Source: an uncultured Gammaproteobacteria bacterium
Lineage (GTDB): Bacteria > Patescibacteriota > Patescibacteriia > UBA2591 > PGYQ01
Assembly: GCA_964358215.1 (NCBI GenBank)
Contig: CAYHOD010000001.1
Location: 866 to 25,979 of the forward strand
Length of the DNA stretch: 25,114 bases
Direction of reading: 5' to 3'
Position 1 is the first letter of the stretch, and each line of letters starts with the position of its first letter. Of the stretch, positions 1-8,859 are shown piece by piece. Made by a program: the position numbers and the translations under genes. The notes beneath the pieces are model-generated. The model made no database searches. It saw nothing but the letters and a program-made list of their open reading frames with translations, and was not told the DNA's origin.

Positions 1-61
1 AAAAATTTCCTGTGCCATTTACATCTAATTTATATTCTGGACTTGTTGTTCCAATTCCAAC
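1..61. repeat. Intragenic direct repeat, copy 2 (60/61 identical to 661-721)
   Basis: aaaaatttcctgtgccatttacatctaatttatattctggacttgttgttccaat(t/a)ccaac occurs at 1 and at 661, 660 bp apart. Confidence 0.95.
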
Positions 62-1534
62 TTTGCCAGAAGCTAAAACTGTAATTGCTTCAGTTCCTGC
101 GGCTGAAACATGAAATGGCTTTAACGTTGAACCAGTAGCAGTGGTAAGATTTAATAAATAACCAGCGCCAGTATTATTTATAGTATCAGTTAAATTAAAG
201 AGATTATTTGCGCTAGTTGCGTTGCCATAAGTAAAAGTGGTAGTAAAATTATTATGTGAAAGAGAAAGATTAGTTGTAGGCGCAACAAGACTTGACCAAG
301 CAGATGAACTAGTGGGAATTGCTTGCCAAGTTCCAACGCCTGAAGTATTAGTTGTTAAAACATATTTATCAGTAGTTGATGACCCCAATTGAAAACCAGT
401 CATTTTAACTGTTCCATTAACATCTAATTTCGTTCCTGGCGTTGTTGTTCCGATTCCAACATAGCCGGTGCCATTTGGCATAATTGCTATGTGTTCATTT
501 GTTGCTGAGGAGGTAATATCATTTGTTACTCCTGAAAAATTAAGCGTCCCAGTCATTGTATCTCCTGTTTTTGATACTTTAGTACTCATTGCTGAATCCA
601 TATATCCTTTAGTTGCCGCATTACTATCAGCTATAGGAGTAATGACATTGAGCGCGCCAGAAAAATTTCCTGTGCCATTTACATCTAATTTATATTCTGG
701 ACTTGTTGTTCCAATACCAACATTGCCATTAGTTATTCTCATTTTTTCTCCATCATCTTCAGTAAAAGTAATATATCCATCAGCCGTGTCTGTTACTGTA
801 ATATTACTATCTAATTGAGAAATACTATTTCCGCTACCACTTCCGCCTGTTGTTGTCCAAGACAATATTCCATTTCCGTCATTTTTTAAAAAAGTATTAC
901 TTGTGCCTTGTGTTGTTGGTAAAGTGTAAGTAATATCTACTGATTGATTACCGCCTTGAAAAATAGTATAAAAAGTTGGAGAAGTTCCTCCTTCTAAAAT
1001 ACCCATTGTTCCGGCAACAGAAAGTTTTTGTTCTGGACTTGCTGTTCCGATTCCAACGTTGCCATTTCCTTGATTATAATAAATGTCATTCCCTGTTTGA
1101 GTCCAATAACCGCCTCCTACTTCTGCCCAACTTGATTTGCAATCATTATTTTGAAAACAAAGTTCGCCATTATTGCCTATAATAACTTTCCCATCTTTAT
1201 CAACTGTAAATTTAGCATTTCCACTTCCTATTTCTAAAAGCAATAAATTAGCATTACCAGTACCAGAAAGAATATTTCCATAAATTAAATTTTGATTTCC
1301 AGTTAAAGTAAGTTCAGAACTTCCAATTGTTAAACCTTTATCATTTCCTTTGCCAGTGGTAGAAACTGTTAACATGCCTTGTTTTGTTTGAGTTTCATCG
1401 CTTATTGTTATTACCTTCAAAGTACCTGCAATAGGTGGATCATTTGCGGGTTCTTGCCATTCTGCTAAAACTGGAATAATAAAAATAATAAAAAAAGTAA
1501 GAGATAAAATTGTTTGAAAAATATTTTTTTTCAT
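2..1534 (-). CDS. Large secreted/surface repeat protein with GxVGIGT(T/A)xP modules; 3'-partial, runs off the window
   Basis: Hand translation from ATG 1534 gives MKKNIFQTILSLTFFIIFIIPVLA-EWQEPANDPP (signal peptide-like). The frame at the window start reads GIGTTSPEYKLDVNGTGNF and is in phase with that ATG. Four GxVGIGT modules are visible. It is probably absent from the ORF track because it has no stop in the window. Confidence 0.85.
   Translation of the reverse strand, partial: MKKNIFQTILSLTFFIIFIIPVLAEWQEPANDPPIAGTLKVITISDETQTKQGMLTVSTTGKGNDKGLTIGSSELTLTGNQNLIYGNILSGTGNANLLLLEIGSGNAKFTVDKDGKVIIGNNGELCFQNNDCKSSWAEVGGGYWTQTGNDIYYNQGNGNVGIGTASPEQKLSVAGTMGILEGGTSPTFYTIFQGGNQSVDITYTLPTTQGTSNTFLKNDGNGILSWTTTGGSGSGNSISQLDSNITVTDTADGYITFTEDDGEKMRITNGNVGIGTTSPEYKLDVNGTGNFSGALNVITPIADSNAATKGYMDSAMSTKVSKTGDTMTGTLNFSGVTNDITSSATNEHIAIMPNGTGYVGIGTTTPGTKLDVNGTVKMTGFQLGSSTTDKYVLTTNTSGVGTWQAIPTSSSAWSSLVAPTTNLSLSHNNFTTTFTYGNATSANNLFNLTDTINNTGAGYLLNLTTATGSTLKPFHVSAAGTEAITVLASGKVGIGTTSPEYKLDVNGTGNF
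661..721. repeat. Intragenic direct repeat, copy 1
   Basis: See 1-61; encodes VGIGTTSPEYKLDVNGTGNF. Confidence 0.95.
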
Positions 1535-1605
1535 ATTTTTGAAAAAAAACAAAATAAATAAAACCAAACTTATAGATAGAATATACTAAAATTATAAAAA
1601 AGCAA

Positions 1606-1944
1606 CTATAAAATTCTAATTTGCTTTAAGGCTTCTTCAATTTTTTCTTTCATTTCAGAAAATTTTAATTCTTTAATTTCAGGTCTAGCCATTATTACAA
1701 CATCAAACCCCGTTGCAATATTAGGCAAATTTTTTCTAATTATTTCTCTTAATCTCCTTTTGATTAGATTTCTTTTATTTGCTTTTTTAGCTATTTTGTT
1801 AGAAATAACAAATCCAAAACGAGAAATATCCAAATTATTTTTTAAAAATTTTATTCCAAATTCTTTAATAAAAAAACTTCGTCCCCTTTGGAAAATAATC
1901 TTAAAATCTTTATCTTTAATAAGGCGATGCTGTTTTTGTAACAC
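1606..1944 (-). CDS. rnpA: Ribonuclease P protein component
   Basis: RLIKDKDFKIIFQRG, RFGFVISNKIAKKANKRNLIKRRLRE (RNR-type motif), DVVIMAR. Start placed at GTG 1944, 7 nt after TATAAT; the ORF track starts at 1962. Confidence 0.93.
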   Translation of the reverse strand: MLQKQHRLIKDKDFKIIFQRGRSFFIKEFGIKFLKNNLDISRFGFVISNKIAKKANKRNLIKRRLREIIRKNLPNIATGFDVVIMARPEIKELKFSEMKEKIEEALKQIRIL

Positions 1945-2020
1945 AAAATAAATTATAAACAATAATTATAATGAAAACATCAATCGCTAATTTATTAGCG
2001 TTAATTGACGTGAATAATAT

Positions 2021-2055
2021 TAAATTGCAAATTGTAAATTTCAAATTGCAAATTT
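2021..2055. repeat. Heptamer array (YAAATTG family)
   Basis: taaattg caaattg taaattt caaattg caaattt; same family at 25073-25100 and inside alaS. Confidence 0.85.
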
Positions 2056-2070
2056 TTATTGATTCAAAAT

Positions 2071-2601
2071 TTATAATTTAAAACTCTTATTATTTCTACA
2101 AGCTAAGAAGCTACTAGCTACAAGCTGATTAATTAATTTTTCGTCTTTTTCTTTATCTATTTTCTCTTTAAGTATTTTTTCAGTTGATAAAATTACCAAA
2201 TCAACAATTTGTTTTTTTGCGTCTTCTATTGCTTTTTCTTTTTCTTGTTTAATTTCTTGACGCGCTTTCAAAATTATTTCTTCGGCGTTTTGTTTTGCTT
2301 TAATATCCATTTCTATTTTTATTTTTTCTCCTATTTCTTTTGATTTTTCCAAAATTTGTTCCGCTTCTTTTCTTGCTTTTAAAATTTCTTTTATTTTTTC
2401 TTTTTCAATTTCTATTCTTTTTTCTTCTATTTCTTTCGCTTGTTTTAGACTTTCCTCTATTTTTTTTGTTCGATCGTTGAGCATGTTAATAACAGGATTG
2501 TATAAAAATTTTTTTAATATAAAAAGCAGTAAAAGAAAATTTACTATTTGAGCGATTAAAAGCAATGGTTCAATCCCTAAATTGTGAAGTAATTGAGACA
2601 T
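2071..2601 (-). CDS. atpF: F0F1 ATP synthase subunit b
   Basis: LGIEPLLLIAQIVNFLLLLFILKKFLYNPVINMLNDR followed by a long charged helix; directly downstream of atpE. Start at ATG 2601 (MSQLL). Confidence 0.93.
   Translation of the reverse strand: MSQLLHNLGIEPLLLIAQIVNFLLLLFILKKFLYNPVINMLNDRTKKIEESLKQAKEIEEKRIEIEKEKIKEILKARKEAEQILEKSKEIGEKIKIEMDIKAKQNAEEIILKARQEIKQEKEKAIEDAKKQIVDLVILSTEKILKEKIDKEKDEKLINQLVASSFLACRNNKSFKL
2087..2127. repeat. AGCTACA/AGCTAAA heptamer element inside the atpF 3' end
   Basis: ttattatttctacaagctaagaagctactagctacaagctg; matches the copies at 4251 and 10314 and the inverted copy at 6230. Confidence 0.85.
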
Positions 2602-2642
2602 AAAAACATTGTAACATTTTAACATTCTAACAAAATTTGCAA

Positions 2643-2909
<267 letters not shown>

Positions 2910-3033
2910 TTATGCGCAATTAAAATAAAATAAAAAAATTGTAAATTGCCCGCCTTGATTTGCCAAAGGCAAAGCCAAGACCCGCTTCTTACTCGCAAAG
3001 CAAGGCAAGTCGAGGAATCCCTTTAGAAAATGA

Positions 3034-3083
3034 AAAATGTAAATATCTCTGCCTACGGCAGATCTGCCGAAGGCAGAAAAAAT
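3034..3083 (+). repeat. CTGCC double-hairpin REP-like element (inverted relative to 18961 and 7800)
   Basis: aaaatgtaaatatctctgcctacggcagatctgccgaaggcagaaaaaat is nearly the reverse complement of 18961-19010. Confidence 0.9.
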
Positions 3084-3154
3084 CAAAATGGCAATGTAAA
3101 ATTCAAAATAAATTTAAATAAAAATCCAAAATCCCAAATAAATAAAAGTACCTT

Positions 3155-3250
3155 GTAACTCGTAATTAGTAATTAAATTAATAATTTGCCTTTGGCAAAT
3201 TATAGTTACGAGTTACGGATTACGGATTACTCTTAGTTAATTGTCATTTT
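3155..3250. repeat. Composite palindromic element, copy 1 (ATAATTTGCC-ttt-GGCAAATTAT core with inverted GTAAC/GTTAC heptamer arms)
   Basis: 3168-3250 vs 7715-7797 match at 81/83 nt; diverged copy at 6309-6410. Confidence 0.9.
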
Positions 3251-3280
3251 ACATTTTTCACTTTACGTTTTACGCTTTTA

Positions 3281-3326
3281 AAATTTCTCCATTCCGCTCG
3301 TTTCACTCGCTCCAGTCGAAATGACA
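3281..3326 (-). repeat. GC-rich REP-like element (tgtcatttcgactggagcgagtgaaacgagcggaatggagaaattt)
   Basis: GC-rich island in an AT-rich spacer. It resembles GTCATTTCGA...GGAGAAAT extragenic elements as I recall them; unverified, single copy here. Confidence 0.45.
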
Positions 3327-3389
3327 TCTTAGGTTGAATAATTTTTGCCAAAGTTTAGTTAATTCATAATTCGTAAATCTTGTTTAACA

Positions 3390-4121
3390 TTAATGTTCCT
3401 CATGAACTATAGTTGCCATTTTTAAAAATACAAGGGTTAACATTGCAAAAACCAAAGCTTGAACAAAACCAACAAATAATTCCAAGGCCATAAAGGGTAA
3501 AGGAACGATAAATGGAATTAAAAAAGCCATAACAACAAGTAAAACTTCGCCGGCAAAAACATTTCCAAATAATCGAAAAGAAAAAGAAATCAATTTTGCT
3601 ATTTCAGAAATTAATTCTAAAATTCCAACAAAAAATGATATTGGATTTTGAAAATTTATAAATTTTTTTGTATATTTAAAAAATCCGCAAGAAATAATTC
3701 CAAAAAATTGACACGCAATCACAGATATTAAAGCCAAAGCAATGGTCATATTTAAATCCGAATTAACCGAACGAAAAAGAGGAATAAATTTTTCTCCTTC
3801 TTTAAATCCAATCGTGCCAATTCCGGGAAATATTCCCAGCCAATTTGCCAATAAAACAAAAATAAAAATAGTTGCCACTAAAGGAAAAAATTTTTCTGCT
3901 TGTTTTTTATCATTAGTAATACTTTGAATTAAATTCAAAATATTTTCAATTAATATTTCTATTACATTTTGCAATCCTTTTGGTATAATTTGTATTTTTT
4001 TTGAAATTAAAAAAGCAATAATTATTAAAATAATCATTACCATCCAGGAGGTCAACAAAGTATTTGTGATTGGAAATTTTCCAATATGAAAAATTATTTC
4101 AGGAGATAAAGAAATATGCAT
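3390..4121 (-). CDS. atpB: F0F1 ATP synthase subunit a
   Basis: PKGLQNVIE, NWLGIFPG, FRSVNSDLNMT, SFSFRLFGNVFAGE (essential Arg), ELFVGFVQALVFAMLT. Confidence 0.96.
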   Translation of the reverse strand: MHISLSPEIIFHIGKFPITNTLLTSWMVMIILIIIAFLISKKIQIIPKGLQNVIEILIENILNLIQSITNDKKQAEKFFPLVATIFIFVLLANWLGIFPGIGTIGFKEGEKFIPLFRSVNSDLNMTIALALISVIACQFFGIISCGFFKYTKKFINFQNPISFFVGILELISEIAKLISFSFRLFGNVFAGEVLLVVMAFLIPFIVPLPFMALELFVGFVQALVFAMLTLVFLKMATIVHEEH

Positions 4122-4162
4122 AAAACATTATAACACAATAACATTGCAACATTATAACATTA
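4122..4162 (-). promoter_or_regulatory. Octamer array ending in an extended -10 box (TGTTATAAT) 5 nt before the atpB ATG
   Basis: Minus strand reads aatgttataatgttgcaatgttattgtgttataatgttttATG. Confidence 0.55.
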
Positions 4163-4250
4163 TTAATATAAAAATCAAAAAACAAAATTACAAAAATTCA
4201 AAGCTCAAATGTCAAAAGTCAAAACCATAACTGATTTTAATTTTTAATTT

Positions 4251-4294
4251 TTATTATTCCTACAAGCTAAAAAGCTACAAGCTAATTCCTGTTT
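4251..4294. repeat. Left arm of the inverted repeat bracketing PBP2 (contains the stop codon)
   Basis: 4260-4287 is the exact reverse complement of 6230-6257. Confidence 0.92.
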
Positions 4295-6219
4295 TCTACC
4301 CACCATTCTAAAACTTCTTTAGCAACCGGGACTGCGACAACAGATCCCCAACCACCCTCTTCAACCAAAATAGTTAAAACAATCTCGGGGTTTTTAGTTG
4401 GAGCGTAAAGAGTAAACCAAGAATGGGGATCTTTATTGGTAAGATGTTCAGCAGTTCCTGTTTTTCCCGCCACTTTTATTGGTAAATTGTTAAAAAGTTT
4501 AGTTTCGCCAGAATCTATCGCTTGCTCCATTCCTTTTTGAATTATTTTAATATTTTTTATTTTAATAAAATCTTTTTTGATTATTTTCGGAAAATTTTCC
4601 TGAACTAAATGTCCCTCAGAATTTACAATTTTATCTACCATTTGAGGCTGATAAATAATTCCATTGTTGGCAATTGCGGCTGTCCAAAAAGCTACTTGAA
4701 GAGGTGTTACCAAAAGATCTCCCTGGCCGATTGATAAATGATATGTGTTGCCTAAATACCATTGTTCATTTTTAATTTTTTCTTTCCACTCCGGAGTTGG
4801 AATAAATCCTTTTGCTTCATTTGGCAAATCAATTCCTGTTAAATTTTCTAAATTAAATTTTCTAAAATATTCAATAATTTTTTCTATCCCAAGTCCTTTA
4901 AAATTTTTATAACCGCCGCCTAAAGTATAAAAAAATATATCGGAAGATCTGGCAATGGCGCTAATAACATTCATTGGACCCAATCCGCTTCTTTGCCAGC
5001 CATGAAAATAATAAGTAATTTTAGGATTATATTGATTTGGAATGCCAATAACTCCATTATCTTGAATAATTGTATTTTGATTAATAATATTTTCTTCTAA
5101 TCCAGCTAAAGCCATAATTGGTTTGATTGTAGAACCAGGGGGATATTGCCCGGAAATAGCTCTATTTAAAAAAGGTTTATTGGGATTATTAACTAATTTT
5201 TGATAATTTTGTTCGGAAATACCGCGAGTAAAAAAATTATTATCAAAACTTGGAATGCTAACCATGGCTAAAATTTTCCCATTTCTAGGATCTAAAGCTA
5301 TTGCAATTGCTTTTTCTTTCTTATTTTTTTTTAAAACATTTATTAAAGCTTGATAAATTTTTTCTTGAAATTCTAAGTCTAAAGATAAAATAAGACTATG
5401 GCCTGTCTGGCTTGGTTTTTGAATTATAATTCTTTCTTCTTTACCTAAAGAATTAACTTCTATTTGTTTTTTTCCGGAAATTCCTCTGAGTATTTTTTCA
5501 TAAAAAAATTCAAGACCAGTCTTTCCAATATAATCATTTAATAAATATTCGGGATTTTGTTTTTTTTCAATTGGATCTATTTTGCCCAAATATCCCAAAA
5601 CATGAGAAGTTAATTGGCCTGTTAAATATTGCCGTTGCGTTTGTTCAATTAAATTTATTCCGGGCATATTTTGAATTTTTATTTTTAAAAGAATAGTTTG
5701 CTCTTGTGTAAGATTTTCTTGAATAAAAATTGGTTCAAATGAATAAAGTTTAGAATCACTTATTAATTTTCTAAAATAAATTGGATCTTGATTAATAATT
5801 TTAGAAACTTGAATAATAAGATCGTCTAATTGTCTTTTTTCTTTTGGCAAATCGGCCGGGATAAAAACCAAAGAAAAATTTAAAATATTTCTCGCCAATA
5901 TTTTTCCAAATCGATCAAGAATAACTCCCCTATTCGGAGAAATTGTTTGAATTCTAATTCTATTTTCTTCGGCTAATTTTTGATAAAAAACGCCTTTGAC
6001 AAATTGTAAAAAAAATATTTGTCCTCCTAAAATTATTAATCCTAAAAATAAAAATAAAAAAAACCAATTTATTTTTTTAGAATTTAAAATTAGTTTTAAT
6101 CGTTCTTTTATATCTTTTTGTAAAAATGGCGCTTCATTATCTTGTCGTTCTAACGCTTTTGAATAATTAAAAAGATTTTGAAATTTATTTTTTTTATAAA
6201 AAGAAAAAGGATCGCGCAT
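4282..6219 (-). CDS. mrdA: Penicillin-binding protein 2 (class B transpeptidase)
   Basis: N-terminal TM helix, RGVILDRFG dimerization domain, YPPGSTIKP (SxxK), SSDIFFY (SxD typical of PBP2), KTGTAE. Confidence 0.9.
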   Translation of the reverse strand: MRDPFSFYKKNKFQNLFNYSKALERQDNEAPFLQKDIKERLKLILNSKKINWFFLFLFLGLIILGGQIFFLQFVKGVFYQKLAEENRIRIQTISPNRGVILDRFGKILARNILNFSLVFIPADLPKEKRQLDDLIIQVSKIINQDPIYFRKLISDSKLYSFEPIFIQENLTQEQTILLKIKIQNMPGINLIEQTQRQYLTGQLTSHVLGYLGKIDPIEKKQNPEYLLNDYIGKTGLEFFYEKILRGISGKKQIEVNSLGKEERIIIQKPSQTGHSLILSLDLEFQEKIYQALINVLKKNKKEKAIAIALDPRNGKILAMVSIPSFDNNFFTRGISEQNYQKLVNNPNKPFLNRAISGQYPPGSTIKPIMALAGLEENIINQNTIIQDNGVIGIPNQYNPKITYYFHGWQRSGLGPMNVISAIARSSDIFFYTLGGGYKNFKGLGIEKIIEYFRKFNLENLTGIDLPNEAKGFIPTPEWKEKIKNEQWYLGNTYHLSIGQGDLLVTPLQVAFWTAAIANNGIIYQPQMVDKIVNSEGHLVQENFPKIIKKDFIKIKNIKIIQKGMEQAIDSGETKLFNNLPIKVAGKTGTAEHLTNKDPHSWFTLYAPTKNPEIVLTILVEEGGWGSVVAVPVAKEVLEWWVENRN

Positions 6220-6265
6220 AAACAGGTAAAATTAGCTTGTAGCTTTTTAGCTTGTAGAAATAATA
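6220..6265. repeat. Right arm of the inverted repeat bracketing PBP2 (abuts the ATG)
   Basis: aaacagg-taa-aattagcttgtagctttttagcttgtagaaataata. Confidence 0.92.
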
Positions 6266-6308
6266 CAAATGCAAAATAATAAAAATCCAAATGGTAAAAT
6301 AGATAAAA

Positions 6309-6410
6309 GTAACCAGTAACGTGTAACCAGTAATTAAAATTAATATTTGCCCTTGGCAAATTATACTCGTTACTCATTACTGGTTATTTTATTAATTGTT
6401 ATTTTGACAT
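6309..6410. repeat. Composite palindromic element, diverged copy 3
   Basis: tttgcc-ctt-ggcaaa core, gtaaccagtaac left arm, gttactcattactggtta right arm, ttaattgttatttt tail. Confidence 0.75.
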
Positions 6411-6483
6411 TTGATATTGGAATTTGAGATTTATTTTGCCTATTTGATATTTGGATTTTGGATTTTTATTTAATTTTGAATTT

Positions 6484-6517
6484 TGTTATAATGTTATAAT
6501 GTTATAATGTTATAATG
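6484..6517 (+). repeat. Perfect (TGTTATAA)4 octamer array
   Basis: Four exact copies 6484-6515, just past the stop of ORF 6523-7059. Confidence 0.95.
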
Positions 6518-6522
6518 ATTTT

Positions 6523-7059
6523 TCATTCTATACAACAATTAATCGCTTTTTTAACTAATTCGCCGAGTTTGCCCATAAATCCCTTTTTTTCTAGATCGTT
6601 TTTATTTAATGCATTTTCGTCTATTTTTTTAACATTTTCAATATTAATTAATTTCATATTAATGCCCCAAAAAAGAGAATAAAGATTGTGCGCTTTATTA
6701 AAAAAATCATACGCTTCATTTTTTTTATTCATTCCTAATTGTTTTGTTCCAACTTCCATTAAACGCATTGAAGCTGCGAGTAAATGTTTTGAAATGCACC
6801 AAATCTCGCCTTCTGGATCCTTGACAATTTTTCTTAAAAGTTCGCCGCGCATTGTTCGAACTTCTTGCAATAAATCAAAATATTCTAATTTGCCTGTTTT
6901 TTCAGCGGTAAAAAAAAAGTGCTCTTCAAGGCTAACTAAATTCATAATTGCGATTGATAAATCTTGATCTGATGATAAATCTATTTTGTCTTGCTTTTTC
7001 ATTTTATCTACTTTCTGAATAAATTCATCTAAATTTTTCATTGAATTTTCTTTTTCCAT
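6523..7059 (-). CDS. Hypothetical helical protein with a C-terminal CC pair
   Basis: 178-aa ORF co-directional with its neighbours; contains EEH, WCISKH and terminal NCCIE; starts 4 nt after the upstream gene. Confidence 0.8.
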   Translation of the reverse strand: MEKENSMKNLDEFIQKVDKMKKQDKIDLSSDQDLSIAIMNLVSLEEHFFFTAEKTGKLEYFDLLQEVRTMRGELLRKIVKDPEGEIWCISKHLLAASMRLMEVGTKQLGMNKKNEAYDFFNKAHNLYSLFWGINMKLINIENVKKIDENALNKNDLEKKGFMGKLGELVKKAINCCIE

Positions 7060-7063
7060 AATT

Positions 7064-7585
7064 CTATTTTGTTAAAAAATAAAAAACAATGCTCACAATA
7101 ATTAATAATAAAATTGGCATAATGACCTTTTGAAATGGAAAATAAGCGCGTCCATTATTTTTTTCTTTTAAATAAGAGTATAAATTAGCGCTCAATAAAA
7201 AAACGCAACTGCCAACAATAATTCCTAATAATAATTTATCTAAATAAAAATTACAAAAACACAATAAACTATTTTGTTTAGCGCCTAAAAGGCCTGTGAA
7301 ATACAGTGGAATTATCGTTAATAAGTAATATGCCAATGTTGTCGCAACAATTCTTGCTTTAAATTGAATATTTTTTTTATCAAACCAACTTTCTGTCCAA
7401 ATAATTAACGAAACTATTAGTCCTCCAATCCAAAGTCCTGAAATAATATCGTCAATTCCCAGCCACCTTGAAAGTCCAACTCCCGCGCTGACAGCAATTG
7501 TACAAACCGGACAAACAGCCAATGCTTGTTTGGCAAAAAACAAACTCGTTATTACAATTGAAAAAATGTAAATTTTATTTTTCAT
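7064..7585 (-). CDS. Hypothetical membrane protein with an N-terminal CPVC (CxxC) motif
   Basis: Signal-like N-terminus, ALAVCPVCT, and about four hydrophobic segments. Confidence 0.82.
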   Translation of the reverse strand: MKNKIYIFSIVITSLFFAKQALAVCPVCTIAVSAGVGLSRWLGIDDIISGLWIGGLIVSLIIWTESWFDKKNIQFKARIVATTLAYYLLTIIPLYFTGLLGAKQNSLLCFCNFYLDKLLLGIIVGSCVFLLSANLYSYLKEKNNGRAYFPFQKVIMPILLLIIVSIVFYFLTK

Positions 7586-7588
7586 AAT

Positions 7589-7674
7589 TTATTGTATCGG
7601 AAAGTGAATATTTAAAAAATAAGTAAGCTTTAATTTTAAAATAACAGTTATAATTATTGAGTCTTGCCAGTGCA
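7589..7674. repeat. Dispersed ~82-bp repeat, copy A
   Basis: ttattgtatcggaaagt(g/a)aatatttaaaaaataagtaag...attattgagt...ccagtgca is shared with 14588-14672. Confidence 0.88.
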
Positions 7675-7701
7675 ATTTTTCAAAGAAAAATTGCCTATCT
7701 G

Positions 7702-7797
7702 GTAACTTGTAATCAGTAATTAAATTAATAATTTGCCTTTGGCAAATTATAGTTACTAGTTACGGATTACGGATTACTTTTAGTTAATTGTCATTTT
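7702..7797. repeat. Composite palindromic element, copy 2 (contains the dus stop)
   Basis: 81/83 identical to 3168-3250. Confidence 0.9.
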
Positions 7798-8812
7798 CCA
7801 TTTTTCTGCCTTCGGCAGATCCCTGCCTGCCGAAGGCATGGTGCCGTAGGCAGAGATTTTTGCATTTTGATTTTTTAATTATTTTTATTGCTTCATCTGT
7901 GCTTTTCGTTTTCATAAGTTCTGCTCTAATGGCTTTTGCATCAGAAAATCCATTTACATAAGCTTTAAAATATTTTTTTAAAACAACAAAATTTTTTGTC
8001 TTTGAAAAATATTTATTAAATAAAATAATGTGTTTTTTTAAAGCCATTAATTTTTCTTTGGGTGAAATTAATTTATTGTCTTTTTTAGAATCAAATATCC
8101 AGGGATTGCCAATAGCTGCCCGACCAATCATTATTCCGTGCGCGCCTGTTTGTTTAATTTTTAATTTAGCCTCTTCAAGATTAGTTATATCGCCATTGCC
8201 AATAATTAAAGTTTTGCTTCCCTGAGCAATTTTTACAGCCTGCTTAATTGTTTCCCAATGAGCTGGCGAAGAAAATAATTCTTTTTTCGTTCTGGCGTGA
8301 ATAGCGATTGCCGCCGGAGTTTCAGTTAAAAGTTCGCGCAACCAGGTTGTTAAAATATTTTTTTCATAACCAATTCTAGTTTTTATTGAAACCGGCATTT
8401 TATCAGCGCCTTGTTTTGTCGCTCGAATAATTTCTTTTGCTAATTTAAAATTTTTCATTAAAGCCGCTCCAGCTCCTTGTTTTTCTATTTGTTTATCCGG
8501 ACATCCCATGTTAATGTCAATGCCATCAAAACCAAGCGATTTAATCAATTTTGCGGCTTTAAAAAAATTATCCGGATTAGCTCCAAAAACTTGAGCAACT
8601 ATTGGCTTTTCATTTTTTTTAAATTTTAAATAGGATAATAATTTTTCTTTACCTTGAGAACAAAGACCGTCAACTGAAACAAATTCAGTATAAAAAACAT
8701 CTGGTCGACCATATTTGACAAACATTTGTCGAAAAACAATATCAGTTATGTCGTGCATTGGAGCTAAAACAAAAAAAGGAATCTTTAATTTTCGCCAAAA
8801 TCCTTGAGACAT
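7784..8812 (-). CDS. dus: tRNA-dihydrouridine synthase (Dus family)
   Basis: LAPM, YTEFVS, INMGCP (catalytic Cys), VSIKTRIG, HART, GNGDI, GIMIGRAAIGNPW. Confidence 0.95.
   Translation of the reverse strand: MSQGFWRKLKIPFFVLAPMHDITDIVFRQMFVKYGRPDVFYTEFVSVDGLCSQGKEKLLSYLKFKKNEKPIVAQVFGANPDNFFKAAKLIKSLGFDGIDINMGCPDKQIEKQGAGAALMKNFKLAKEIIRATKQGADKMPVSIKTRIGYEKNILTTWLRELLTETPAAIAIHARTKKELFSSPAHWETIKQAVKIAQGSKTLIIGNGDITNLEEAKLKIKQTGAHGIMIGRAAIGNPWIFDSKKDNKLISPKEKLMALKKHIILFNKYFSKTKNFVVLKKYFKAYVNGFSDAKAIRAELMKTKSTDEAIKIIKKSKCKNLCLRHHAFGRQGSAEGRKMENDN
7800..7875 (-). repeat. CTGCC hairpin element with a 20-nt insertion, translated as the Dus C-terminus
   Basis: Equals 18961-19016 plus an inserted cctgcctgccgaaggcatgg. 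Confidence 0.9.
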
Positions 8813-8859
8813 AAAAACGCATTATAATATAATAACGAAAAATTTTAAAAAATAAAAAT

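Noticed and set aside
468-1182. Plus-strand ORFs 468-818 and 976-1182
   Set aside because: Antisense shadows of the long minus-strand surface protein gene.
6150-6377. 75-aa minus-strand ORF overlapping the PBP2 start
   Set aside because: Made largely of repeat sequence, overlaps PBP2 out of frame, and has low-complexity composition.
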